Counted from the first letter of the stretch, positions 51,451 through 61,894 are shown. The stretch: 64,000 nt of DNA from Flavobacteriales bacterium (GCA_016715895.1 JADJXH010000004.1:356712-420711); one strand, 5' to 3'. Translations and numbers: made by a program. Notes: generated from the letters alone by a model not told the origin.

Positions 51451-53163
51451 ATGCGCCTGATCCACCTCCTACTTACCGTCCTTTCGCGCCTCTCGTGCTG
51501 TGCCTTGATCCCCATGCCAGACGCAGCGTTGCGCGCATGGGCGAACACCCAGTTCCCGGGGTGCATCGTGGGCACGTCCATCGACGAGACCCACCCCGGC
51601 GTACAGTCGGCCTACCAGGTGGACATCAGCTTCGTGGGCACGGTGACGGACCTGCGGGGAATGGAAGCCTTCCTGAACGCTGAGGAGATGATCGTGAGCA
51701 ACAACCCGATCGCCATTTGGATGGGCCCGCCGAACCTGTTGATGTTGGGTGCCGTGAACTGTGGTATCACGGGAACCTTCCACGTGCCGTACCATATTCA
51801 CACGCTGCAGATCTCCTTCAATGCCATCACCACCTTGGTCATACCTTCCGGGTCGAACCTGGGCGCACTGTATGCCCAGCACAACCAGATCAGCTCCATC
51901 GTGGGCAACTGGGATGCGACGTTCGTGGACGTGAGCCACAACCAGCTGACATCGCTATGGGGGATCGTGAACAGTTCGTGGTTGGTGACCCTCAACGCCA
52001 GCCACAACCTGCTCACGACCATGCCAGCGTTCAACTCCGGTCATATGAACGCCTTGGATCTGAGCTGGAATCAGATCACGGGAGTGGTGCCGGTGAACGG
52101 GAACAACGACCTGGATGTGGACCTGAGCCACAATGCGGTGGATGGTGTGAGCGGTACGGTGACCGCCCACAGCTTGAATTTGAGCCACAATCCACTAACG
52201 CAAGGGATCGCCCGGCTGAACAACCTGGTGCGAAGCTTGCGCGTGAGCGACACACAACTGCCCTGTCTGCCTCGATTGAACACTGGTCTGCAGACCTTGT
52301 ACTGTACCGGCAGCCCTATCAGCTGCCTGCCCAACCAGCCGACGGGGTTGAACACAAGCGTGGCCAACCTGGGATTCACCGCCGTGCTGTGTGGCAACAC
52401 CTCGCCATGCTTCCAGGCGCCCACGGCCGTGGACCTGCGGATGCTGTTGCAGGGGCCCTACGATCCGGTCACGCAATTCATGCGGACCGACCTGCGCACC
52501 CTGGGTGTGCTGCCCACCACCGACCCCTACCCGGGCCTGGGCATCACCTATGTGGGCAACGGCTGGCCGGGCGTCCAGGACCCCGCCGTGCTGAACGCCA
52601 CGGGGGTGGATGCGGTGGTGGACTGGGTGGTGGTGGAGCTGCGCTCCACCATTGCGCCATACCCGGTGGTGGCCTCGCGGCCCGCGCTGCTGCAGCGCGA
52701 TGGCGACGTGGTGGGCACCAACGGCTCGCTGACGGTGGGCTTCAACGCGCCGGCCGGCAACTACCGCGTGGCCGTGCTGCACCGCAACCACCTGGGGGTG
52801 ATGACCGGGAACGCCTACAGCATGGGCAGCACGCCCGCTGCGGTGGACCTGACGGTGAGCAGCACGGCCACCCACGGCACCAACGCACGGAACACCGTGG
52901 GCACGCGGACGGTGATGTGGCCTGGGGATGCCACGCGCGACGGCAGCGTGAAGTACATCGGTGCGGCCAACGACCGCGACGCGATCCTGGTGGCCGTGGG
53001 CGGGAGCACACCGAACACGGTACTTTCGGGCGTGTACGACAGCCGCGACGTGAACCTTGACGGGACAGTAAAGTACACGGGCAGCGCGAACGATCGGGAC
53101 ATCGTGCTGCAGACGATCGGCGGCAGCACCCCCACGGCGGTACGCACCGCACAGCTACCGTGA
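51451..53163 (+). CDS. Secreted leucine-rich-repeat protein with a roughly 250-aa conserved C-terminal module containing two dockerin-like Ca-binding repeats
   Basis: Signal-like MRLIHLLLTVLSRLSCC. LRR units (LDLSWNQITG, LSHNAVDG, LNLSHNPLTQ, LRVSDTQLPCLP…). C-terminal module VVDWVVVELR…ALLQRDGDVVG…HRNHLGVMT…SVKYIGAANDRDAIL…DVNLDGTVKYTGSANDRDIVL…TAQLP, shared with 55708..57888. Confidence 0.75.
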   Translation: MRLIHLLLTVLSRLSCCALIPMPDAALRAWANTQFPGCIVGTSIDETHPGVQSAYQVDISFVGTVTDLRGMEAFLNAEEMIVSNNPIAIWMGPPNLLMLGAVNCGITGTFHVPYHIHTLQISFNAITTLVIPSGSNLGALYAQHNQISSIVGNWDATFVDVSHNQLTSLWGIVNSSWLVTLNASHNLLTTMPAFNSGHMNALDLSWNQITGVVPVNGNNDLDVDLSHNAVDGVSGTVTAHSLNLSHNPLTQGIARLNNLVRSLRVSDTQLPCLPRLNTGLQTLYCTGSPISCLPNQPTGLNTSVANLGFTAVLCGNTSPCFQAPTAVDLRMLLQGPYDPVTQFMRTDLRTLGVLPTTDPYPGLGITYVGNGWPGVQDPAVLNATGVDAVVDWVVVELRSTIAPYPVVASRPALLQRDGDVVGTNGSLTVGFNAPAGNYRVAVLHRNHLGVMTGNAYSMGSTPAAVDLTVSSTATHGTNARNTVGTRTVMWPGDATRDGSVKYIGAANDRDAILVAVGGSTPNTVLSGVYDSRDVNLDGTVKYTGSANDRDIVLQTIGGSTPTAVRTAQLP

Positions 53164-53176
53164 GCGCACCGCGCGA

Positions 53177-53884
53177 TCACCGGTCCGCGGTGCCTCCGAT
53201 GCGCAGACGCGCCTTCAACGCATCGCGGTGCGTGCGGCCCACGGGCACGCGATGGGGCCCCACGAGCACATGCCCATCGTGCAGGGCGGACACGCGGTGG
53301 AGGTTGACCAGGTAGGAGCGGTGCACCCGCGCGAAGCCTGCTGTACCGAGCCGCTGCTGGATGTGGGCCAGCGTGGCCACGAGCACATGCCTGCGCTCGG
53401 CGGTGTGCAGGATCACATAGTTGTCGTCGGCCTCCGCGAAGAGCACTTCGCCGACGGGCAGCCGCACCAGGCGGCCCTTGTCGCGCACGAACAGATCGGC
53501 GGGACCCGTGGGCGCGGTGCGGGAGAGGGCCACGGCCAGCTGGGCGCGCAGGTCCTCCTCATCGAACGGTTTGCGGATGAAGCCTGCCGGGCGGGTCTCG
53601 CCCATGCGCGCGAGGGTGTCGGCATCGGTATGGGAGGTGACGTAGAGGAAGGGGATGCCGCGTTGCTGCAACCCCGCCGCCACCGCGAAGCCGTCCGGAC
53701 CATCGCCCAGGCGGATGTCGAGCAGGACCAGATCGGTCGTGATGGTGTGGAGCAGATGCAGGGCCTCCGCGGCATCGCGGGCCCGGCCGCTCACGGCATG
53801 CCCCAGGTCGACCAGCATCGTGGCCAGGTCCTCCGCGATGAAGGGCTCATCCTCCACGATCATCACCTGCAGCGGGCGCATCAT
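53177..53884 (-). CDS. LytTR-family response regulator
   Basis: Receiver MMRPLQVMIVEDEPFIAEDL…VLLDIRLGDGPDGF… and LytTR DNA-binding domain (…RVHRSYLVNLHRV…). Confidence 0.9.
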   Translation of the reverse strand: MMRPLQVMIVEDEPFIAEDLATMLVDLGHAVSGRARDAAEALHLLHTITTDLVLLDIRLGDGPDGFAVAAGLQQRGIPFLYVTSHTDADTLARMGETRPAGFIRKPFDEEDLRAQLAVALSRTAPTGPADLFVRDKGRLVRLPVGEVLFAEADDNYVILHTAERRHVLVATLAHIQQRLGTAGFARVHRSYLVNLHRVSALHDGHVLVGPHRVPVGRTHRDALKARLRIGGTADR

Positions 53885-55707
53885 GGGGCGTGGGGCGGGG
53901 TGTGAAGACGGAGTTGCACGGTGGTGCCGGGACCGGTGCGCACCAGTTGCTCGGCCTTCAGCTTCTCGGCGAAGGTGCGCACGAGCACCAGACCGGAGCC
54001 GTCAACGATCCCGGGAAGGGGCTCGGACAGGCCCACGCCATCGTCGGCGACGGTGAGGAGCAGACCATCGCGCTGGTGGTGCAGGCTCACCTCGATGCGG
54101 CCCTTGCGCCCGTCGGGGAAGGCATGCTTGAGGGCGTTGGTGATGAGCTCGTTGATGACGAGCCCGAGCGGGATGGCCGTATCCACATCGAGCCAGAGGG
54201 GTGCCACATCGAGGTGGATGGTCACGTGATCCTCGTCCACGGCATGGCTTCGCCGCAGGCCTTGCGCGAGGCGTTCCACGTAGGGCGCCATCTCGATGCC
54301 CTGCACCCCGTCGTGCTGGTAGAGGTCCTGGTGGATGAGGCTCATGCTGCGGATGCGGTCGAGGCCGTCGCGCACGGGCGCTCGCGCGGCGGGATCCCGT
54401 ATGGCGCGAAGCTGCGCGCGCAGCAGGCCGCTCACGATCTGCAGGTTGTTCTTCACGCGGTGGTGGATCTCTCGCAACAGGAGGCCCTTGGCCTGAAGGG
54501 CATCCTCCAGCGCGTGGGTGCGGTCGGCCAGGGCGTTGCGGTGGCGGCGTTCGCGTCGCAGCACGAAGGCCAGGGCGAAGGCGATGGCGGCCAGAAGGAG
54601 CACCGCCGCACCCACAAGGACGAGCTGCGTGCGCTGGCGGGCGATGACGGCGGCGCGGTGCTCAAGCTCGGCCTTGGAGAGCGCGTCGCTCGCGCGGCGT
54701 TCAAGGGCGAGGATGGCGGCGGCGTCGGAGCGCGCGTCCAGGGTGTCGTTCCACTGGATGAAGCGGCGCAGCTGGGCCAGTGCGCTGTCCGGTCGGCCGA
54801 GGGCCACCTCCAGGTCGCTCAGGGCCTCGTGCACCAGTGTGCGTTCCAGCACGAAGCCCCCGTCCACGGCCAGGCGCAGGGCACGGCGCAGGAGGCTGTC
54901 CGCGTCGGCGGGCTGGTCGTGCGCGAGCGACCAGCGGCCCGAACGCAGGAGGAGCCGGATGAGGACCAGGGGTGCGGGGACACCGACGGATGCGCTGTCA
55001 ACGGCGCGGAACCGGTCGACAGCCTCCGTGGTGCGGCCCGAGCGGAAGAGGGCACCGGCCTCGTCGAGCAGGATCTCGTGCGCATGGCGGGCCATGCCGT
55101 GGCGTTCGAGGGCCTCGGCCGACCGCCGGTAGTGCAGCGCGGCGCTGTCGTGCCGCCCCAGCACCTGGAGCACCTGGGCCAGTTCACGCTCCACTCCGGC
55201 GGCCCATTCGTGCTCGCCGGCCTGTTCGAGGTCGGCCAGCGCACGCGCATACGCCGTGCGGGCCTCGTTCCAATGGCGGGCATCGGCCAGGATGCTGGCG
55301 ATGTTGGCCTGCACCATGCCGGATCCCCCGAGGAGGCCCTCGGCGCGATAGGTGGCCAGTGACCGTTGAAAGTGCGGCAGGGCGCTCAGGCCATCGCCGC
55401 GCACATAGAGCGCCTGGCCCAGCATGGCCTGCGCCTGTGCGCGCTGATGTGCGGTACCGCCGGCATCGGCCAGTACGGCGAAGGCTTCGGCATGCATCGA
55501 GGCCCGGGCGGGCCTGCGGAAGACCTCGGCATGGAACAACGCGCGCAGCACCGGCAGTCGCGAGGTGTCCTGCGGCAGCCCGGCCAGCACGCGCTCCAGG
55601 CTGTCCACCTGGGCGGGAAGGGACAGGGCGCCGAGCAATGCCCACGGCAGGACGATGGCGCGCCACCCGGGGAGGGCGGCCACCATCGACCCGGGCATGC
55701 GGCGCAT
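53881..55707 (-). CDS. Sensor histidine kinase with N-terminal TPR-like sensor, one TM, HisKA_2 (HHRVKNNLQ) and HATPase_c; partner of the LytTR regulator
   Basis: TM LVLVGAAVLLLAAIAFALAFVL. H-box LLREIHHRVKNNLQIVSGLL. ATPase …INELITNALKHAF…DDGVGL… ATGA overlap with the regulator. Start could instead be the internal ATG at 55686. Confidence 0.85.
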   Translation of the reverse strand: MRRMPGSMVAALPGWRAIVLPWALLGALSLPAQVDSLERVLAGLPQDTSRLPVLRALFHAEVFRRPARASMHAEAFAVLADAGGTAHQRAQAQAMLGQALYVRGDGLSALPHFQRSLATYRAEGLLGGSGMVQANIASILADARHWNEARTAYARALADLEQAGEHEWAAGVERELAQVLQVLGRHDSAALHYRRSAEALERHGMARHAHEILLDEAGALFRSGRTTEAVDRFRAVDSASVGVPAPLVLIRLLLRSGRWSLAHDQPADADSLLRRALRLAVDGGFVLERTLVHEALSDLEVALGRPDSALAQLRRFIQWNDTLDARSDAAAILALERRASDALSKAELEHRAAVIARQRTQLVLVGAAVLLLAAIAFALAFVLRRERRHRNALADRTHALEDALQAKGLLLREIHHRVKNNLQIVSGLLRAQLRAIRDPAARAPVRDGLDRIRSMSLIHQDLYQHDGVQGIEMAPYVERLAQGLRRSHAVDEDHVTIHLDVAPLWLDVDTAIPLGLVINELITNALKHAFPDGRKGRIEVSLHHQRDGLLLTVADDGVGLSEPLPGIVDGSGLVLVRTFAEKLKAEQLVRTGPGTTVQLRLHTPPHAP

Positions 55708-57888
55708 TCAGGGCAGCTGTTCGGTGCGGGTGCCGGTGGGCAGCGGCGGTCCGATGGTCATCAGGATCGGATCCCGGTCGTTGGCGCTGCCGGTGTACTT
55801 CACCACGCCGTCCATGTTCGCATCCTCAGGCCAGTAGCCCGCGACGGTGGCGGTGGGGATGATCCCGCCGATCCGCACGAGGATGGCATCACGGTCATTG
55901 GCCGCGCCGGTGTACTTCACCGTGTTGTCGAAGCGGGTGTTGTTGGGCCAAAGCACCTGGGTGCCGTTCACATCCCTGCGGGCATCGGTGCCGAAGACGA
56001 GCGTGCCGGGCAGGGTGAGGTCGATGGTGAGCGGGGTGCTACCCAGGCTCACGGGCGCGGCGGTCATCACGCCCAGGTGATTGCGGTGGCGGAGCGCCAC
56101 ATGGTAGTCGCCCGGGAAGCGACAGAAGCCGACAGGCGCCACGCCGTCCACGCCCACCACATCGCCATCGCGCTGCAACAGGGCCGCCCTGCGGGCCAGC
56201 ACCTGGGTGGGGTCCACGGGATCGCGCAGTTCCACCAGCACCCAGTCCACGATGGCGCTGGATAGCGTCCAGCCCAGGACCAGAGGAGTGGTCACGGCGG
56301 GCTGTTCCAGGGTGAAGCCCATGGCCGTATACGGCTCCTCCAGGGGGATGAGCCCGGCCGTTCGGAGCTGATCGGACATGGCCAGGAAGTCGGCCGGTGT
56401 GTGCACGGCGCCCAGGATGGCCTTGAGGCGGACGAAGACGCCGGCGCAATCGGGTTTCTCGAACTGGACGGTGAAGGCCTCGGTGGAACCGGCCGACACG
56501 AGGAGCAGGGTGTTGGCCCCGGGGTCCGCGTCGAAGGTGCCGAGGAAGGCGCCGGTGACGTGGATGCGGCCATCGGCACCGACGGCCACTCCGCGGCCCA
56601 CGTCGTTCTGGGCACCACCCAGGTTGAAGCCTTGCAGAAAGGTGCCGGCGGCCGAGTAGCTGGCCACGAACACATCGGCGGCCCCGTTGGAGGCGATGGT
56701 GGAAACGCCCGCACCGGGGTCCAGGTCGAGCGGGTTGCCCGTGGTATTGCCGAAGGTGCCGGTGACGTGCGCGGCTCCCTGGGCGTCCACGTCGACATCG
56801 AAGCCCTCGTTGAGGAAGCTCTTGAGCATGAAGGCCCAGGCGAAGGTGCCATCGCTGTTCAGCTTGGCCACGAAGGCGGGCTCGCTGAAGTCACCGGCCA
56901 GGGGGAAGCTTCCGGGCCCCGGATCGAAGTCGGTGCTGCTGCTGATGCGACCGGTGATCACCGGTCCACCATCGGGTCCGACGTCCAGGGCCTGGGCGCG
57001 TTCGCTGCTGGTGCCGCTGAAGCTCGCGGCCCAGAGGACCGCTCCTCCGGAGGAGACCTTCATCACGAACGCGTCCTCAATGCCCGCGCTGGTGCGCGAC
57101 AGCACGGCCGCCCCGGGATCGAAGTCGACGGTGTTGCGGAACTCGCCGCACAGCAGCACATCGTCCAGCGCATCGGCGGCCACCCCGAAGGCCTGGTCGT
57201 TGCCGGTGCCGCCCACCGCGAAGCCCCACACGAACTGGCCGGCCGGGTCGAGCTTGAGCACGAAGGCGTCCTGCTGGCCGTTGCCGCCGGCGGTGGCCAC
57301 GCCGGGCCCGGGATCCAGATCACCGGCGGCGCCCAGCACACCGCAGACCAGCACACGGCCGCTGGCGTCCACGCTGATGTCGTTGCCGACATCGGTGCCA
57401 TTGCCTCCGATGAGGTGGCCCCACAGGTAGGTGCCCTGCGCATCGAGCTTCACCACGAACACATCGAAGGAGGTGTTGGCGCTGGTCCGCAGGTCCACGC
57501 CGGGGCCGGGGTCCAGGTCCACCGTTCCACTGGCACGGCCGGTGAGGTACACTTCGCCCCCTGTGTTGGTGGCCACACCGAAGGCCCAGTCCGCTCCGCC
57601 CGCACCGATGGAGCCCCCCCAGAGGAAGCCGCCCGCACTGTCCAGGGCTTGCACGAACACGTCGTTGCTGCCGTTGCTGGTGACGTTGAAGGTACCGGGA
57701 CCGGGATCGAGGTCCACCGTCAGGGTGAAGGTGCCCACGGTGATCACCATGCCGTTCAGGCCGATGGCTACATCATAGGCGAAGTCGGCCTGGGTGGATC
57801 CGAGAGCATGGGCCCACGTCGGGGCCTGAGCGAGGGTGTGGGCGGTGGACCCGAGGGCCGTCGCAAAGAGGAGGTGGCGCAACTGCAT
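55708..57888 (-). CDS. Secreted beta-propeller (SBBP/YVTN-like repeat) protein with the same dockerin-like C-terminal module as the LRR protein
   Basis: Signal peptide MQLRHLLFATALGSTAHTLAQA at the ATG at 57888. About 9 repeats of …G..D.D.G.GV(A/T)… C-terminal IVDWVLVELR…ALLQRDGDVVG…HRNHLGVMT…TVKYTGAANDRDAIL…DANMDGVVKYTGSANDRDPIL…TEQLP. Confidence 0.75.
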   Translation of the reverse strand: MQLRHLLFATALGSTAHTLAQAPTWAHALGSTQADFAYDVAIGLNGMVITVGTFTLTVDLDPGPGTFNVTSNGSNDVFVQALDSAGGFLWGGSIGAGGADWAFGVATNTGGEVYLTGRASGTVDLDPGPGVDLRTSANTSFDVFVVKLDAQGTYLWGHLIGGNGTDVGNDISVDASGRVLVCGVLGAAGDLDPGPGVATAGGNGQQDAFVLKLDPAGQFVWGFAVGGTGNDQAFGVAADALDDVLLCGEFRNTVDFDPGAAVLSRTSAGIEDAFVMKVSSGGAVLWAASFSGTSSERAQALDVGPDGGPVITGRISSSTDFDPGPGSFPLAGDFSEPAFVAKLNSDGTFAWAFMLKSFLNEGFDVDVDAQGAAHVTGTFGNTTGNPLDLDPGAGVSTIASNGAADVFVASYSAAGTFLQGFNLGGAQNDVGRGVAVGADGRIHVTGAFLGTFDADPGANTLLLVSAGSTEAFTVQFEKPDCAGVFVRLKAILGAVHTPADFLAMSDQLRTAGLIPLEEPYTAMGFTLEQPAVTTPLVLGWTLSSAIVDWVLVELRDPVDPTQVLARRAALLQRDGDVVGVDGVAPVGFCRFPGDYHVALRHRNHLGVMTAAPVSLGSTPLTIDLTLPGTLVFGTDARRDVNGTQVLWPNNTRFDNTVKYTGAANDRDAILVRIGGIIPTATVAGYWPEDANMDGVVKYTGSANDRDPILMTIGPPLPTGTRTEQLP

Positions 57889-58086
57889 GGTGGTGGGGCT
57901 GAGCGACCCGAACGTAGGCACACGATCAGTGCGCTCCAAGCCGATCGGGGCGAACGACCGATCCATGAGGGCCTGTGAAGACCGGCCCCGCTGAAGGAAC
58001 GCACCGGCCAAGGAAGAACTCCGGGCTGATGCCGCGATCGACGCATCGCATGCGGAGCCCGGGTGGTCACCGCCGGAGGGCCCTCG

Positions 58087-61000
58087 TCACTGCAGCATGA
58101 CGCGCAGCACGCTCCTCGCCCCGTGCGCTCGCTCCACGACCAGGGTGTAGCAGCCGCGTTGCAGCCCGCCCAGGCCGTCGATGCGGGGCGCCGGTGACCA
58201 TCCACGAACCATGCGACCCGCGGGATCGAAGAGCGCAATGCGTGCTTCGCCGGTCGCTCCCTCCACACGCACGTGGTCCGTGGCCGGGTTCGGGTAGGGC
58301 ACGAGACCCCCGGGCAGGGTCGCACCCGCCACCGGCACCACGGCCGTCCACACATGCCGTCCGTCCAGGTCCACCTGCTTCAGCTTGTAGTAGCTCGTAC
58401 GGTCCGCCTCGTTCGCGTCCACATGCCCGTAGTCCGTGCGCTGCTGGCTGTCGCCGGCGCCATCCACCCAGCCCACCTCGGTGAAGTCGTCCTCGCCTTC
58501 GATCATGCGCCACACCTCGAAGCCCGCATTGTTGTGCTCGGTGGCGGTGGACCAGTCCAGCCGCACCTCGCGATCGTTGATGCGTTCGCCGGTGAAGGAG
58601 AGCAGTTCGACCGGAAGGGGTGCCCCCATGATGGTGATGTACAGCTCGCCGTCCGCGCCGAGCAGGGCGGTGTAGCCATGGGTGCCACCGGTGGCCTGTA
58701 TGCGCGGCTCCAGCGCAGGGGATGCCGGGAAGGTGGGCATCCACACGTTGCCGGCCGGGTTGTTCAGCAGCGCACAGTCCTCCATGGGCCCGGCGTAGTG
58801 GGCCACGCCGGCATCGGCGTACACGTTCACCACCGGGTCGGCGGCCGCATAGGTGCCGAACTCCGCTCCGCTGTGGAAGAGCCGGACGATGGCGGTGCCG
58901 GACATGGGCAGGCTGGTGGTGAAGTGCCAGTTGCGGTCCAGGTAGTGCTGTCCGATGAGGCTCTGGCGCACCGGACCGCTGTTGAGGAACACGCCGAACT
59001 GCACGATCCCCAGGGGCTGCCCGTTGTCGTTGAAGCGCGCCACCACCATGCGATCCTTGTAGATCCATTGGTCGGTGCCCGTGCCGGTGCTCGTGATGGG
59101 ATCCGCGGGCACACAGAGATCATAGGTGGCCGACCACAGTTGCGGTTGGAACTCATCCGCCCCGATATCCGGCGCAGTGGTGCTGCGCGCCTCTCCATCC
59201 ATGTCCGTGGGGTAGAGGGCGAAGGGCAGTCCGCCGCCATCGGCGTCCATGCTGTAGCAGTGCAGGTCGCTGGCGGGATCGAAATAGCACGACTCGCCGG
59301 CGAAGCTGTTGGCGAACATGCCGCTCACGGACTGCAGCGCAGTGAGGGTGGTGACGGTGGCGCCGTTCCAGGTGGCCAGGGTGCTGGCCGATCTGCGCAG
59401 CAGGTTGTGGCGCACGTCGCTGAACGCGGTCCCGGAGGGGGCATCCAGCGGATGGCTGAAGCGGCTCGCCAGGATGTTGTTCACCAGCCAGAGGTCCGAC
59501 GAACCAGCGGCGGCGCTCGCGAACAACGCACGACCGGAGTACGCGCTCACGGAGTTGTGCACGATCCGAACGTGGTTGTTCAGGCCGAGGATGCGCAGGG
59601 TGTGCCCGGCGAACAGGTCCGAAATGAGGGTATTGTTCGTGACCCATGACGGCGCGCCCACGGTGGCGGCCACCGTGAGCTCCAAAGCGCTCCCTCGGGT
59701 CAGCACCCGGTTGTCATCGATGGTAGCACCGCAGCCACAGGTCACCTTGATCGCCGGGAACAGGGCGCTGCCGAGCATGGTGACCTTGTTCCTTGAGATG
59801 GTGACGGACGAAGCCTGGAACACGGTGATGCCGCCTTGCACGTTCTCGATCACATTGTCCGTGATGGTCCATTCATCGCCCGCATTGCCCGGGTTCCCGA
59901 ACGCATAGACCCCACCGTTGAAGTAGTTCCCCTCGAAGACCGTACCCACTTCGTTGAGGGCCGGCGAATTGGCCGCGCTCACCATGACGCTGTTGAAGCC
60001 GATCGCACCCGTACGCAGGAACCGGCAGCCGGTGAAGCGGATGTGCTCGGAGGGGTCGTTGGGCGTGCCAACACCGGAACGGAAGCGGAAGATCGTTCCA
60101 TAGGTCGCCACACCGTACCGCTCCAGGGTGATGCGCTCGAAGGCCACGTGATCGGCGCCCTCCATGCGCACCACGTGATCGATGGGCGTCGAGGTGGTCG
60201 TGGCGGGATAGCGCAGGGTGACCGCCGTGCTGTCCGACACATTGCCGCGGAAGGTCACCGTGTTGGTGGAGGACGATCCGGTGATGGCCGGCAGGCTGAT
60301 GGCCTCGGTGTACACCCCGTCCTCCACCAGGAAGAGGACCGGCCCGGCGATGCCGCAGATGCCCAGCTTCAGCACGGCCGCGCTGAACGTGGGGAAGTCC
60401 GCTCCGAGGGACGGGCCGATGGTGTAGGTCCCGTTGAGGGTGAAGCAGTACTCGTCCGTTTCATCCGCTCCGATATCCGGGTCGCTCAGCGCAGGGCGCG
60501 GTCGCAGCTCCGCATCCCGATCATCAGCCACGCCCGCCGCGAGCGTCCCCGTACCACCACAGGGGGACGTGCTTTGGATGTGGAGGTCGGTGAGCGGGTC
60601 CACATAGACCGGGTCCATGAAAAGGCTGTTGGCATCAAGGCCGGTGGCCGCTGTAAGAGAGGTCTGGTTCGAGTGGATCCCGGACCAGTTGACGGAGGCG
60701 CCGGACACCGTGTGGTAGCAGTTGTGGTCGGAGGCGATCACGGTGGCCGTGGCGCCCACGGTGAGCGCGTAGCCCAGGTCGCGGTACCAGCTGTTGTTCA
60801 GCATCCGGATGGCCGTGTTCCCATTGGAGATGTTGCCTGCACCTGACACGCTGTTGTGCAACAGATCCACCCGGTCACAGAACACCAGGCTCACGGTGCT
60901 GCTGCTCCCGATCACCATGTTGTTGGCCACCCGGATGGGCAGGGCAGGCGTCCCGGCGAGCTGCTGCAAGGCCAGGGTGGTGTAGAGCCCAACTGAGCGC

Positions 61001-61791
61001 AGCGTGTTCCGGCTGATGTCCACATCCCCGCTCAGGCTCAGGGCGGTCACACAACTCGCTGCCTGGGTGTGGAAGGAGGTGTTGCCCAGCAGGTGCACCT
61101 GTCCGGAGATCCCCTGGAACCACATGCGCGCCTCGTGGAGATCGCAGCCCTCCACGGTCACTTCATCGGCCTCGCCCGTAGTGGCCCACCAATAGAGACC
61201 ATGGTTGCCATGTTCGATGCGATCGGCCTCGAAGCGGATGGCGGCCTGCACAGCGTTGCTCGCGCTGTGGATCACGTTCCGGTCCTGCACGGCGGCGGTG
61301 AAATTGGTGGGGCCGCGCAGCTTGCAGTGCCGAACGGTGAGGTGTGCCGTGGTGCCGTCGATCACCAGCACGTGCGCATACTGGTTGGTCCCGGTGCGTT
61401 GCAGGGTCATGTGCTCCAGCGTGATGTACTGGGCACCGTCCAGGCGCAACAGGCTGTTGTGGCCCTGCCAGGGGATGGAGGTGTAGCTGGCCTCGGTCCA
61501 GGTCACCAACGAGCTGTCGAGGCTTTGCCCGCGGAAGGTCACCGTGTTCACGGCGGACACACCGGCCACCGCCCCGATGGTCGCACGACCGGAGTAGGAT
61601 CCGTCGGTCACCTCGAACAGCACCGGGCCGTTCACACCAAGCGCGTTCAGGTCGTCGATGGCCGCGCTGAACGTGGTGTAGTCGCCCCCACCGCCGCCAT
61701 CGATCACATAGGTGCCGTTGAGCTGGGCGGATGCCGAGGGCGCAAGGATCATTGACCCTGCGACGACCAGGGAGCGGAACGGACGGGCCAT
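58087..61791 (-). CDS. Very large secreted right-handed parallel beta-helix (pectate-lyase-fold) repeat protein with T9SS type A CTD
   Basis: Signal peptide MARPFRSLVVAGSMILAPSASAQ. Many NxxI/V…beta-helix rungs (…NNMVIGSS…, …NNILASRF…, …TDNVIENVQGGITVF…). C-terminus LVPYPNPATDHVRVEGATGEARIALFDPAGRMV…YTLVVERAHGARSVLRVMLQ. Confidence 0.8.
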   Translation of the reverse strand: MARPFRSLVVAGSMILAPSASAQLNGTYVIDGGGGGDYTTFSAAIDDLNALGVNGPVLFEVTDGSYSGRATIGAVAGVSAVNTVTFRGQSLDSSLVTWTEASYTSIPWQGHNSLLRLDGAQYITLEHMTLQRTGTNQYAHVLVIDGTTAHLTVRHCKLRGPTNFTAAVQDRNVIHSASNAVQAAIRFEADRIEHGNHGLYWWATTGEADEVTVEGCDLHEARMWFQGISGQVHLLGNTSFHTQAASCVTALSLSGDVDISRNTLRSVGLYTTLALQQLAGTPALPIRVANNMVIGSSSTVSLVFCDRVDLLHNSVSGAGNISNGNTAIRMLNNSWYRDLGYALTVGATATVIASDHNCYHTVSGASVNWSGIHSNQTSLTAATGLDANSLFMDPVYVDPLTDLHIQSTSPCGGTGTLAAGVADDRDAELRPRPALSDPDIGADETDEYCFTLNGTYTIGPSLGADFPTFSAAVLKLGICGIAGPVLFLVEDGVYTEAISLPAITGSSSTNTVTFRGNVSDSTAVTLRYPATTTSTPIDHVVRMEGADHVAFERITLERYGVATYGTIFRFRSGVGTPNDPSEHIRFTGCRFLRTGAIGFNSVMVSAANSPALNEVGTVFEGNYFNGGVYAFGNPGNAGDEWTITDNVIENVQGGITVFQASSVTISRNKVTMLGSALFPAIKVTCGCGATIDDNRVLTRGSALELTVAATVGAPSWVTNNTLISDLFAGHTLRILGLNNHVRIVHNSVSAYSGRALFASAAAGSSDLWLVNNILASRFSHPLDAPSGTAFSDVRHNLLRRSASTLATWNGATVTTLTALQSVSGMFANSFAGESCYFDPASDLHCYSMDADGGGLPFALYPTDMDGEARSTTAPDIGADEFQPQLWSATYDLCVPADPITSTGTGTDQWIYKDRMVVARFNDNGQPLGIVQFGVFLNSGPVRQSLIGQHYLDRNWHFTTSLPMSGTAIVRLFHSGAEFGTYAAADPVVNVYADAGVAHYAGPMEDCALLNNPAGNVWMPTFPASPALEPRIQATGGTHGYTALLGADGELYITIMGAPLPVELLSFTGERINDREVRLDWSTATEHNNAGFEVWRMIEGEDDFTEVGWVDGAGDSQQRTDYGHVDANEADRTSYYKLKQVDLDGRHVWTAVVPVAGATLPGGLVPYPNPATDHVRVEGATGEARIALFDPAGRMVRGWSPAPRIDGLGGLQRGCYTLVVERAHGARSVLRVMLQ

Positions 61792-61894
61792 GGGTCGGAA
61801 CGATGGACCTTGCAAGGTCCCCGAAGCCGACGCCCGTGGTCCAGCACGATCGGGTGAACGGCCCTCAGGATCGGGTGAACGTCCGAACCCATGC

